Source: Desulfomonilia bacterium (GTDB lineage Bacteria; Desulfobacterota; Desulfomonilia; UBA1062). From it: a stretch of DNA of 64,000 nucleotides. Below, piece after piece: positions 1 to 8,872 of this stretch; the stretch's first letter is position 1, and each line of letters opens with the position of its first letter. The stretch is taken from the NCBI GenBank assembly GCA_050014195.1, contig JBEKDT010000006.1, positions 32,001 through 96,000 on the forward strand, in the 5' to 3' direction. The notes below the pieces were generated by a model. The model was not told the origin of the DNA, did not search any database, and was given only the letters and a program-made list of their open reading frames with translations. Position numbers and translations under genes: made by a program.

Positions 1-1
1 G

Positions 2-838
2 GCCCTCAAGGAAGATTTCCACAAGCTTTTCATAGAAGGCTCCGAGATCAAAAAGCGCGAATGCGTCATCAACACATCAAGCGGCCAAGCAGTCCACATC
101 GAGTACAATGCCCAGGTGATCTTCAGAAAAGGACATCCCATTAGGGCGTTCATGATGTTCACGGATGTCACGGATAAGAAGGCCCTGGAGTTCGAGCTGC
201 TGGAAAAAAATGCCGAGATGGAGCGTACGCTGTGGGATATGGCCGAGGTGAAGGATGCTTTGGAGGCCCGCGCCGGCGAGCTCAACAAGGCCTCCGAAGA
301 CCTCAAGTCTCTCAATGAAAAGCTGGGCCAGCTTTCCATCACCGATGGGCTTACCGAGGTATACAACCACCGCCACTTTCAGGACCGGCTGAGTGAAGAG
401 GTTGAGCGGCTTAACCGGCAGAAGGATGGTATTCTATCGCTCTTGATCTTGGACATTGATGACTTCAAACGGTTCAATGACACCTATGGCCATCAGTGCG
501 GCGATACGGTGCTCAAACAGCTTGCCATGCTCTTGAAAAACTCGATTCGTACCATCGACATCCTGGCGCGATATGGGGGAGAGGAATTCGCCATCATCCT
601 GCCCAATGCAAATACGGAACAGGCGGTCATTGCAGCCGAGAGGATCTGCCAGAATGTACGCTCCACAGCGTTTTCTTTTGGTTCCGGAACGACCGTCAAG
701 GTCACGGTCAGCATCGGGGTCGGAACTATTATGAGCGCCCAGGCGGACAAGTCGGAACTCGTCAGGAAGGCGGACAGCGCGATGTATGCAGCCAAGGCAA
801 AATGGAAAGACCGGGTAGAGATTTGGGAAGAAGACTGA
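2..838 (+). CDS. PAS/PAC-coiled-coil-GGDEF diguanylate cyclase (5' truncated by window edge)
   Basis: Frame open from base 2. PAC-like 'FTDVTDKK', coiled coil, 'TDGLTEVYNHR', 'DIDDFKRFNDTYGH', intact 'RYGGEEF' A-site and RxxD I-site (RTID). Confidence 0.93.
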   Translation, partial: ALKEDFHKLFIEGSEIKKRECVINTSSGQAVHIEYNAQVIFRKGHPIRAFMMFTDVTDKKALEFELLEKNAEMERTLWDMAEVKDALEARAGELNKASEDLKSLNEKLGQLSITDGLTEVYNHRHFQDRLSEEVERLNRQKDGILSLLILDIDDFKRFNDTYGHQCGDTVLKQLAMLLKNSIRTIDILARYGGEEFAIILPNANTEQAVIAAERICQNVRSTAFSFGSGTTVKVTVSIGVGTIMSAQADKSELVRKADSAMYAAKAKWKDRVEIWEED

Positions 839-1479
839 GCATCTCCTTTGATCTTGACGGGACATTGACCGACCCGGCTTTTGTGGATGGTGTCTGGAAT
901 GAGGGCCTGCCCAGGCTTGTGGCGGACAGCCGCGGCATCGATCTTACCGAAGCGGCGAAGCTCTGCATGGATGCCTACCGCAGCGAGGGAGAGGCGTCGA
1001 TTCTGTGGTATAGGCTTTCCCACTGGCTTGATCACTTCGGATTACAAGGCGTGGACGAGGAAGACCTCATCGATGGTTTCACAAAGCGTATCAGGGTCTT
1101 TGAGGACGCCATCCGGGCCATCGACCATTTCAAGGCCGAGGGCTATCCGCTTGTACTGTTCTCCAATGCGCCGCGGGCATTTCTGAACAGGGAAGTCCAT
1201 TACTGCTCACTCAAAGATTCCTTTGACACCATCATCTCCCTGCCTGATGACTGGGGCATGGTGAAGTCACAAGATGAAGCCTTTCTGCGCCTGAAGTCAC
1301 AAGTACCCGGCGAAGTTATCCATGCGGGAGACCACATCCGCTTCGACTGTGAGGTCCCTCGAATGGCCGGGCTTAAGGCATATCATATCTGGAGGGGCAA
1401 GGGCCCGCGGCTTAACGACTCGCTTGAGAGCCTTGACCAGTTCGTAGACAGGATCATTTGTGCGCAGGTTCACCCGTGA
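823..1479 (+). CDS. HAD-superfamily hydrolase
   Basis: HAD motif I 'SFDLDGTLTD', motif II 'FSN', motif IV 'HAGDHIRFD'. Start is TTG 823 or ATG 802, overlapping the GGDEF stop. Confidence 0.85.
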   Translation: MGRRLSISFDLDGTLTDPAFVDGVWNEGLPRLVADSRGIDLTEAAKLCMDAYRSEGEASILWYRLSHWLDHFGLQGVDEEDLIDGFTKRIRVFEDAIRAIDHFKAEGYPLVLFSNAPRAFLNREVHYCSLKDSFDTIISLPDDWGMVKSQDEAFLRLKSQVPGEVIHAGDHIRFDCEVPRMAGLKAYHIWRGKGPRLNDSLESLDQFVDRIICAQVHP

Positions 1480-2590
1480 ACGCCTCATCCTGCTGACCGC
1501 CCATTTCTTCTTTTTCCTCAACTTCTCCGAGCTGATCCTGCTGCCCAAGTACTTCCAGCATATCGGGATCTCGCCTTCTAAGATCGGCATGCTCATGGGT
1601 GCATTCAGCATCTCGGTGCTCACCGCCCTGCCTGTGGCGGGTATTGTCTCTGAGAGGATTTCACGGAAGGCCCTGTTCATAACAGGTGCCGCACTCATGG
1701 CACTGCCGGGTGCATTATATGGGTGTTTTTCCGATAGATTAAGCGCCCTTTTTCTCTTACGGGTTCTCCAGGGCATCGGCTTTTCATGCGCCTTCGGGAT
1801 CATCGGGGCCATGGTGGCCCAGGGAGCCGATACTGCAGAGAGGAAATACCTGCTCGGCATCCTCACCCTGGTGGGCATTTCCACCCATGCACTGGGCCCT
1901 GTGCTGGGAGAATACCTCATCGGCAGATATGGGTTTCATGCGTTCTTCTTGAGTGCAACCGTCTTAGGGATGGCGGCATCCGGTCTCGGGTTTCTGCTCC
2001 CCCCGCATGTTCTCGGCTCATTTCAGAGGATTCACGCCATGAAATTCATTCCCTGGATATCCGCTTCGAGTGTTGTCCTTGGTGTCATCTTCGGCTCTGT
2101 GGCGGTCTTCCTGCCGCCGTATCTCCTCACCAGAGGCGTGATGAATTCAAGCTTGTTCTTTATTCCATTCGTTCTGGGCAGTCTTTTCATGTGGACAATC
2201 ATCTACCCGCTCATCAGGGCATGGCCGGAGACCACCTTGCGGATTGCCTCTTCAGTTCTTCTTGTTCTGCTGCTTGCATGCATTCACCTGGCGGATGCCA
2301 TGTATGTGTTTGTTTTCCTTTCTCTGCTCTTCGGGATAGGCTATGGCTATCTCTATCCCTGCCTGAATGCCTGCCTGATCGAAGCCAACCCGGCATCCGA
2401 AGGCCTCGCCAACGCCCTGTTCGTCTGGTGCTTCAATTTAGGCATGCTCATCGCCTCGGTGGGCTTCGGGTTTCTCTGCGAGAAGGCCGGATATGAGACG
2501 GCGTTTCGGATGGTAGCGTTTCTGGGATTCCTCTGTATGATCGTGACAGGGATGTGGGGAAGAAAGAGGGCTGTAAGCCAAGAGATGTAG
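1460..2590 (+). CDS. MFS transporter
   Basis: About 12 hydrophobic segments; motif-A-like 'GIVSERISRK' and 'LRVLQGIG'. Confidence 0.88.
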   Translation: MRRFTRERLILLTAHFFFFLNFSELILLPKYFQHIGISPSKIGMLMGAFSISVLTALPVAGIVSERISRKALFITGAALMALPGALYGCFSDRLSALFLLRVLQGIGFSCAFGIIGAMVAQGADTAERKYLLGILTLVGISTHALGPVLGEYLIGRYGFHAFFLSATVLGMAASGLGFLLPPHVLGSFQRIHAMKFIPWISASSVVLGVIFGSVAVFLPPYLLTRGVMNSSLFFIPFVLGSLFMWTIIYPLIRAWPETTLRIASSVLLVLLLACIHLADAMYVFVFLSLLFGIGYGYLYPCLNACLIEANPASEGLANALFVWCFNLGMLIASVGFGFLCEKAGYETAFRMVAFLGFLCMIVTGMWGRKRAVSQEM

Positions 2591-2655
2591 GAGCGGCTTC
2601 AGCCGCGACTCTACAATCCATAAAATCCATTGTCGCGCCTGAAGGCGCTCCTACA
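2586..2655. repeat. GTAG-type REP doublet (inverted pair)
   Basis: TGTAGGAGCGGCTTCAGCCGCGAC ... GTCGCGCCTGAAGGCGCTCCTACA. The same pair recurs at 51443-51584. Confidence 0.85.
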
Positions 2656-2694
2656 TCTTAACTGAGGTTGCAGCTGCCTTATTAATTAATATTT

Positions 2695-2824
2695 TTTATT
2701 GTTACTTTCTTTTGGTGTCACAATTCTGCAGGACAGCCGAATTGGACGCACTTCACGTGCGCCCGAAGGGCGAAGGCCATGGATGGCCTGAGTCAAAAAG
2801 AAAGTCACCAAAGAAAAGGCGCCC
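2695..2824. repeat. MITE-like hairpin repeat (GTTACTTTCTTTTG...CAAAAAGAAAGTCACCAAAGAAAAGGCGCCC) with an inserted hairpin in its loop
   Basis: Similar to the reverse complement of 54332-54388, which lacks the ~70 bp loop insert. Confidence 0.6.
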
Positions 2825-2905
2825 GGTACAGTCTATAGACATAGGTGACACTTTCGTAAAGAGACATGGGTAACACTTTTTTGGGGATATGAGTGCCTTG
2901 ATGAA
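2825..2905 (+). mobile_element. IS481-like left-end remnant (no transposase)
   Basis: Subterminal direct repeats AGACATAGGTGACACTTT (2837-2854) and AGACATGGGTAACACTTT (2862-2879), followed by GTG CCT TGA, which resembles a broken 'MPW' transposase start. Confidence 0.55.
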
Positions 2906-2908
2906 TAT

Positions 2909-2948
2909 GTCCCACGGGCAAGCCCTTTGGGCTTAGCCCGTGCCACCC
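2909..2948. repeat. 40-bp hairpin repeat, copy 1
   Basis: 37/40 identical to 52444-52483, with a compensatory stem change. Confidence 0.85.
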
Positions 2949-3080
2949 ATTCCCTGAGTATTGTGGTTTAAGCGGTTGTGTCTTTATCCCTCGGTATCAC
3001 TTCCGATACATAAAAACCGACTGACCTGCAGAAAGGACCCCTTTCAAGAAAATGAATGAAGGGAACGATAAAGTGGATCG

Positions 3081-3710
3081 ATGATCACCAAATTACATCT
3101 TGACATGAATATGGGCTGCTGTTTTGATGGCACCATGACCAGGCGGCCGATTGTGTGTTTTGCGGTCTCTGCGCTTTTGCATATTCTTGCCCTGATGATC
3201 CCTTTTACGCTCATGACTTTGCCGATTCATCCTCTTTCCCTGCAGGAAGATACCTTCGCCGTAGACCTGGTGGCCGCCCCATCGCAGAATAGCACATCCG
3301 CCCAGCAGCGGGCCTCGGCCGATCAGCCGGCCGGCCCACAGGCCGCACCGCAGGTCAAGGAAGAGGCCGGGCGGCAAGAAGCGGAATCCGGGAGTGGAGT
3401 AAGCTTCAAGGCCGACCGCACAGTGGGGACGAGTTACCTTGACCTTTTAAAGGCCAGGATATTCCTTGTGTGGAAGTACCCGGATGAAGCCATCCAGAAG
3501 GGGCAGGAAGGCAAGGTGAGCATCTCGTTCGAGCTGAACAGCAACGGAGAGCTCATCGACATCGGCATCCTGGAGAGCTCCGGCTCCAGCAGCCTCGATA
3601 CCGCCTCAACGGCCGCAGTCAAACAGGCAAGCCCGTTCGGACCACTGCCCAAGGATATCAGTGACAAGCCGCTAAAGATCACCGGTCAATTCTGCTATGT
3701 GCTTGATTAG
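3081..3710 (+). CDS. TonB-family protein (N-terminal TM anchor + TonB_C domain)
   Basis: 'SALLH' TM motif, Pro/Ala/Gln linker, C-terminal 'WKYPDEAIQKGQEGKV...SSGSSSLD.A...AV..ASPFGPLP'. Start may be 3135. Confidence 0.85.
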   Translation: MITKLHLDMNMGCCFDGTMTRRPIVCFAVSALLHILALMIPFTLMTLPIHPLSLQEDTFAVDLVAAPSQNSTSAQQRASADQPAGPQAAPQVKEEAGRQEAESGSGVSFKADRTVGTSYLDLLKARIFLVWKYPDEAIQKGQEGKVSISFELNSNGELIDIGILESSGSSSLDTASTAAVKQASPFGPLPKDISDKPLKITGQFCYVLD

Positions 3711-3834
3711 GTGAGATGTGACACGTTCTCTTTCATCAGGTTGCGCTTCATGCAACCACTCTCCGAACGACCGGGCACAAGGCCGGCCCCAACGTTTGTT
3801 CATCAAGGTTTGCTCATGCACACCGCAATCTGCA

Positions 3835-3856
3835 GTCGCGGCTGAAAGCTCCTACA
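3835..3856. repeat. Degenerate single GTAG REP
   Basis: GTCGCGGCTGAAAGCTCCTACA matches the REP at 51561-51584 with a short deletion. Confidence 0.6.
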
Positions 3857-3999
3857 ATACCTATTCACTCGTCGCTCAATTCTGAACACTTTTTCCTTTC
3901 CCATCCAGGCAACATTTGCTCCCCCATAGTGAAAATTTTCCCCTTCGCCATGGGGAGCGCAAACGTGAAACCATGGAAATTCCTTGCTTGGCAGCATGT

Positions 4000-4015
4000 T
4001 GGCACCATGGTTGCT
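4000..4015 (+). promoter_or_regulatory. sigma54 (-24/-12) promoter of fliK-flgD-flgE
   Basis: TGGCAC-CATGG-TTGCT, exact TGGCAC-N5-TTGC spacing, just upstream of GGAGG and ATG 4049. Confidence 0.85.
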
Positions 4016-4048
4016 GAAAGGATTGCCAATGACGTATATGGAGGGTTC

Positions 4049-5644
4049 ATGCAGTCAGCATTAGATGCGCTTATGGGAATCGCCAGTGGGGCCGTGGGCA
4101 TGCTGCAACAGGCACTCAACCAGAGCAGCCCGAAATCAGGGTTTGATGATCAGCTTAAAAGCGCCCTTGCAGAAACCACGGATTCAGGAAAGGCGCCCCT
4201 TGAAAAGGTTCAGTCGAAGAATGACTCCTCCTCTGATGATGCCTCCATTGTGGCACTCCTTGCCAATGCTCAGGCATATCCCTTGTTGCAGTACGTATCC
4301 ATATTGAACTCCCTGGGCCTTTCCAGTGCGGACGCCCAGGCCCTCCTGTCAGGCAAGGGCTCCGATATTTCTGATGAGGGATTGAAGACGATCCTGACTT
4401 CCTGCGGGATCAATGATGCAGACATTACACAGCTTATGGCCGATCCGAACCAGGTATCCGGCCTCAAGGCCAAACTCGCCGAAATGGTCTGTGCCAAGGT
4501 TCATAATCAGATAGGTGGTGATGCTTCGGACGTAAATGCCATGATCGGGCAGGTAACGGCGGACCAGACGACCTACGATACTGTGGCGGCCCAGTTCATA
4601 GCGAACACAGGGGGAGGCCAAGACCTTACGAAAACACTCGACAACCTCGAACTCCCGATCAGTATGTCTTCAATTGATATCCCGCAATCCTCGGACGAGA
4701 TCAAGATGTCCGTAGCAGCATTTCTACAGGGTGTTAAAACATCGACGCTCAAAGAAGACAAGCCTATCTCCGAGGGAGTTTCCCAGGCCGAGACCGAATC
4801 AGTATCTTCAGGTCAGGTTGTGCCTGAGGTCCAGGAGGCGCTCGATACGCTGGAGAACACCCTCCAGATTCCCAAGAAGACATTGCATGATCTTTTCTTC
4901 GAACAGGACTCTCAGGTTCGTCTCTCAGCAGTTGATGATGCCGCTTCACACATTGCGGGGTCCCTCAAGGCCAATACGGGAAGCGACCTGTCCAAGCAGG
5001 TTACCGGCGCCCTGGGCCTGCTCAAGGGTGCCCTGACAAAAGATGAATTTGCCAAAGTCGAAGATGTCCTGAAGACTTCCAACTCAGATCCAGCACTTGT
5101 TACCGAGCCTTTTACCCTTGATAAGAACACCCTCTCCACCCTGGCTAAAAGTTTGGGTTCAGAGTCGGCCCTGGCCCGGAGCAGTTACACAGACTCCGTC
5201 CTGGACCAGATCAGGCAGGCAATCCCCGGGGGCATGAAGAGCTCTGATGGTTCGATGACCTTGAAGCTCAATCCCCCCATGCTGGGAAGGGTGGACATAA
5301 ACATCAAATTGGAGGATGGACAGATCACGGCATCATTTAAGGTAGACCAGAGCGTCACCCGCGACATCCTGCAGCAGAACATGCATATCCTCAAGGATGC
5401 CCTGACGGATCAGGGGATCAAGGCCACGCAGTTCGTCGTGACCACCGATACCTTCAACTCGCGGGACCACCGCGGTAATCCCCTTGCATGGGCAGGATAC
5501 GAACCGGGTCAAAACGGTTCCTCCAGGCAGCAGGGTAACCGGCAAGAAACAGGAAACCCTGGCAGAGGCCAGGATGAATATTCAGGCAGCTATTTCCCCG
5601 TCCAGGCTTACTCTGAACAGGGCGGGCTCGATATTTTTGCCTGA
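4049..5644 (+). CDS. fliK: Flagellar hook-length control protein FliK
   Basis: C-terminal Flg_hook domain 'LKLNPPMLGRVDINI...ITASF'; directly upstream of flgD. Start chosen from the RBS and the sigma54 promoter. Confidence 0.88.
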   Translation: MQSALDALMGIASGAVGMLQQALNQSSPKSGFDDQLKSALAETTDSGKAPLEKVQSKNDSSSDDASIVALLANAQAYPLLQYVSILNSLGLSSADAQALLSGKGSDISDEGLKTILTSCGINDADITQLMADPNQVSGLKAKLAEMVCAKVHNQIGGDASDVNAMIGQVTADQTTYDTVAAQFIANTGGGQDLTKTLDNLELPISMSSIDIPQSSDEIKMSVAAFLQGVKTSTLKEDKPISEGVSQAETESVSSGQVVPEVQEALDTLENTLQIPKKTLHDLFFEQDSQVRLSAVDDAASHIAGSLKANTGSDLSKQVTGALGLLKGALTKDEFAKVEDVLKTSNSDPALVTEPFTLDKNTLSTLAKSLGSESALARSSYTDSVLDQIRQAIPGGMKSSDGSMTLKLNPPMLGRVDINIKLEDGQITASFKVDQSVTRDILQQNMHILKDALTDQGIKATQFVVTTDTFNSRDHRGNPLAWAGYEPGQNGSSRQQGNRQETGNPGRGQDEYSGSYFPVQAYSEQGGLDIFA

Positions 5645-5664
5645 AAAAAGGAGGTAATTACATT

Positions 5665-6345
5665 ATGTCAACGGTAGGATTAGACAACATTCTTTCAAAC
5701 CAAGCGGCAACGGCTGCGTCATCAACGACATCGACGAGCCAGACCACGGCCTCGTCTGAAAAGGACATGTTCCTGAACCTGCTGGTGAAGCAGCTCCAGT
5801 ACCAGGACCCGCTGAATCCCGTCGAGAACACCGAATTTGCCTCACAGCTCGCCCAGTTCTCTTCGCTTGAGGCGCTTACGAACATGCAGAGCAGCATGGA
5901 TAATATGAGCACGGTCCAGAGCTCCATGAACAGCATGCAGGCCATCTCGTTCATCGGAAAACAAGTGAACGGCAGCGGAAATACCATCAACTATACTGGC
6001 AGCGGCAGCTCCACCATCGACTACAATGTGGGGAGCAATGCATCGGATGTCGTTGTCAAGATCAATAACTCGAGCGGAATGACCGTGCGCACCGTAGATC
6101 TGAAAAATGTCCAGGCAGGGGATAACACCTACACCTGGGACGGCACATCCGACAACGGCACAACGCTCGGCACCGGCACATATACGTTCACAATCAGTGC
6201 CACGGACAGTAGTGGAAGCGCCGTCACCACCACTACGAACACGAGCGGTACGGTCACGGGTGTGAGGTACGACAGCGGGAAGGTTTATCTCGAGGTCGGG
6301 GACAAGGAAATAAGCTTGTCTGATGTGAGTAAGATCACCAACTAA
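5665..6345 (+). CDS. flgD: Flagellar hook capping protein FlgD
   Basis: 'FLNLLVKQLQYQDPLNP...EFASQLAQFSSLE', 'YTWDG'. Confidence 0.96.
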   Translation: MSTVGLDNILSNQAATAASSTTSTSQTTASSEKDMFLNLLVKQLQYQDPLNPVENTEFASQLAQFSSLEALTNMQSSMDNMSTVQSSMNSMQAISFIGKQVNGSGNTINYTGSGSSTIDYNVGSNASDVVVKINNSSGMTVRTVDLKNVQAGDNTYTWDGTSDNGTTLGTGTYTFTISATDSSGSAVTTTTNTSGTVTGVRYDSGKVYLEVGDKEISLSDVSKITN

Positions 6346-6372
6346 CGAAAGGGTATAAAAAAGGAGGCTTTT

Positions 6373-7881
6373 ATGGGTATATCAAGTTCGTTATATTCCG
6401 GAATCAGCGGTCTTGACGTGATGAGTCAGGCCATGGGTGTCATCGGTAGTAATATAGCCAACGTGAACACCATCGGCTTTAAATCGAGCACCGCAACGTT
6501 TCAGGATGTCTTGGCGCAGTCCGTGGCAACGGCATCGGGGACGTCACAGATCGGGCGAGGCACGCAATTGGGCACAATTACTCCGCAGTTCGTGCAGGGC
6601 TCTTTCCAGTCCACCTCAAACGCCACGGATCTGGCCATAGGCGGCAACGGTTTCTTCATCGTCTCTCCCAAGAATGAAAATACCGAATTCTATACCAGGG
6701 CCGGTGGTTTCAATTTCGATTCGGCAGGCAACTTCGTCAACTCTTCAGGGGATGTGGTCCAGGGGTGGGCACTCGATACGAACGGCAATGACGTGGGGAC
6801 CTTGACGGGCATCAAACTGAACTCGTTCACCTCTCCTCCGTCAGCTACTACCCAGCTCACTGCCATCACGAACCTCAACAGCACCGCCACCTCGAATTCC
6901 ACAAGTCTCTTTGGAGCATGGAATGGACAAGACTCCACTGCTCCAATCGCGGATACATCCTACGGCTATTCGACCACAGAGAAGGTTTATGACTCACAGG
7001 GTAATTCACATGATGTCACCATCTACTATGACAAGCTGAATGCCGCCAGCGAATACGCTTCCGGTGCAACCGATCCCGATAATACCTGGCAGTACATCGT
7101 GACCTGCAACCCTGCTGACGACCTCAGGACGGGATTCGCCGGTACAGCAGAACAGGGGATTCTCATGAGGGGGACCCTCTCCTTTAATCCCACGACCGGT
7201 GATGCCTCGTCCATAAGTGCGTTTTCCGACGACAGCGGCGCCGACCCAACACAAGCGGCCAACTGGACACAGGCAAGTTTCTCCTCAACAGGAGACCCCG
7301 AGTTCACCACTCAGTTTGTCTCGGGTGTCAACCAGACTGTTTCAATCGACACGGGTCTCCGCAGTACGAGCGGGACATGGAATGCCGGAGGTGCGGCCAA
7401 TGTCGGCGCCATTACAGCCCTTGCTCCCTTGCCGACATCCACCTGGCAGCCGGAGGCCCAGACGTCAACCCAGTATGCTGCTGCATCCTCCACTAACTAC
7501 CAGACCCAGGACGGATATGGCCCAGGATTCCTGAACAGCATTTCGGTGGATACCAATGGCGTCATGTCCGGCAGTTACAGCAACGGCCAGATCCTGAAAC
7601 TCTTCCAGGTAGGCCTTGCCAAGTTTAACGATGAGCAGGCGCTTACCGATGTGGGCAACAGCCTCTGGAGCGCAAACAGTGCATCCGGTGCTGCCATAAC
7701 CGGTAGTCCTGGTAACAACGGACTGGGCAGCATCTCAGCCGACTCGCTGGAACAGTCCAATGTGGACATCGCCACCGAGTTCGTCAATATGATCACTACC
7801 CAGCGGGGGTATGAGGCGAACTCAAAGGTCATTACCACGGTCGATACCATGCTCCAGGATCTTATCAACATCATACGGTAA
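6373..7881 (+). CDS. flgE: Flagellar hook protein FlgE
   Basis: 'NIANVNTIGFK', 'DLAIGGNGFF', 'YTRAG.F', C-terminal 'LEQSNVDIATEFVNMITTQRGYEANSKVI'. Confidence 0.97.
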   Translation: MGISSSLYSGISGLDVMSQAMGVIGSNIANVNTIGFKSSTATFQDVLAQSVATASGTSQIGRGTQLGTITPQFVQGSFQSTSNATDLAIGGNGFFIVSPKNENTEFYTRAGGFNFDSAGNFVNSSGDVVQGWALDTNGNDVGTLTGIKLNSFTSPPSATTQLTAITNLNSTATSNSTSLFGAWNGQDSTAPIADTSYGYSTTEKVYDSQGNSHDVTIYYDKLNAASEYASGATDPDNTWQYIVTCNPADDLRTGFAGTAEQGILMRGTLSFNPTTGDASSISAFSDDSGADPTQAANWTQASFSSTGDPEFTTQFVSGVNQTVSIDTGLRSTSGTWNAGGAANVGAITALAPLPTSTWQPEAQTSTQYAAASSTNYQTQDGYGPGFLNSISVDTNGVMSGSYSNGQILKLFQVGLAKFNDEQALTDVGNSLWSANSASGAAITGSPGNNGLGSISADSLEQSNVDIATEFVNMITTQRGYEANSKVITTVDTMLQDLINIIR

Positions 7882-7898
7882 CACTTAAAGAGCCGATC

Positions 7899-7938
7899 CC
7901 TTCGGGCGTCCGGGATTCCCGGCCCGGATGCCCGAAGG
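7899..7938 (+). terminator. Strong GC-rich stem-loop after flgE (terminator or mRNA stabiliser)
   Basis: CCTTCGGGCGTCCGGG / CCCGGATGCCCGAAGG inverted repeat; no clear U-tract. Confidence 0.6.
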
Positions 7939-8030
7939 CGTCAAATTTATGACTTGTCCAGTCAGGATCTTCAGTACCATATAACCTCTATCTTATTGAA
8001 AACAAAGGCATAGTTAATAGTACTCCCTCG

Positions 8031-8046
8031 TGGCACACCCCTTGCT
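8031..8046 (+). promoter_or_regulatory. sigma54 promoter of the motA-fliR operon
   Basis: TGGCAC-ACCCC-TTGCT, about 45 bp upstream of the motA ATG. Confidence 0.85.
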
Positions 8047-8090
8047 TTCCTGGGTGCAGTATCCCAGATTGTACGCAGTAAGGGGTTTGT

Positions 8091-8870
8091 ATGGATCTTG
8101 CGACGATTATTGGTGTGTTCGTGGCCTTCGGAATGGTCTTCATGGGGATCATATCCGGAAGCCCGTTGACCCTGTTTATTGATATCCCGAGTGTAATGAT
8201 CACCATCGGAGGGACCTTCGGGATCATCTTCATCAATTACCCCTTGCGGGATGTATTCGGGGTCTTTGGTGTTATCAGGAATGTCTTTTTCACCCAGCAT
8301 CGCGAGGTACACGGATTGATCCCCATCTTCGTCGATTTTGCTTCCCGGGCGCGCCGGGAAGGGATCCTCGCCTTGGAGAGCCTTGCAGAAGAGCTCAGGG
8401 ACCCGTTTTTTAAGCAGGGTCTGGAACTCGTTATCGACGGACTTGAACCCCAGTCGATCCGCGAAATCCTGGAGACCGAGATCGACCACATCGAGCGTCG
8501 CCACACAAGGGGCGCAGACATCCTCAATTCTTTAGGCACGTTCGCCCCGGCCATGGGTATGCTTGGTACGCTCATCGGGCTTATCCAGATGCTGCAATCC
8601 ATGTCGGACCCGTCAACCATCGGACCATCCATGGCTGTGGCGCTCATAACTACCTTTTATGGCTCTATCATGGCGAACCTGATTGCCCTGCCCATGGCGG
8701 GCAAGCTCACCATGCGTTCCAGGGAGGAGGTTGTTGAGAAGGGCATGATCATCGAGGGTATCATGTCCATCTCGGCAGGCGACAACCCCAGGATCGTGGA
8801 GAGGAAGCTCCATTCTTTCCTTGCCCCGGCGCTCAGAGAGCCGGTGATAGGCCGTATACGCGGTGAATAG
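8091..8870 (+). CDS. motA: Flagellar stator protein MotA
   Basis: 'MDLATIIG', 'ARREGILALE', 'APAMGMLGTLIGL', 'ALITTFYG'. Confidence 0.96.
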   Translation: MDLATIIGVFVAFGMVFMGIISGSPLTLFIDIPSVMITIGGTFGIIFINYPLRDVFGVFGVIRNVFFTQHREVHGLIPIFVDFASRARREGILALESLAEELRDPFFKQGLELVIDGLEPQSIREILETEIDHIERRHTRGADILNSLGTFAPAMGMLGTLIGLIQMLQSMSDPSTIGPSMAVALITTFYGSIMANLIALPMAGKLTMRSREEVVEKGMIIEGIMSISAGDNPRIVERKLHSFLAPALREPVIGRIRGE

Positions 8871-8872
8871 CA

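Noticed and set aside
496-822. N-terminal extension of the 327-aa ORF 496-1479
   Set aside because: It overlaps the GGDEF gene in another frame; HAD motif I begins near 840, so the real start is about 802-823.
3929-4048. Longer fliK start from the ORF track
   Set aside because: This stretch contains the sigma54 promoter; the RBS supports ATG 4049.
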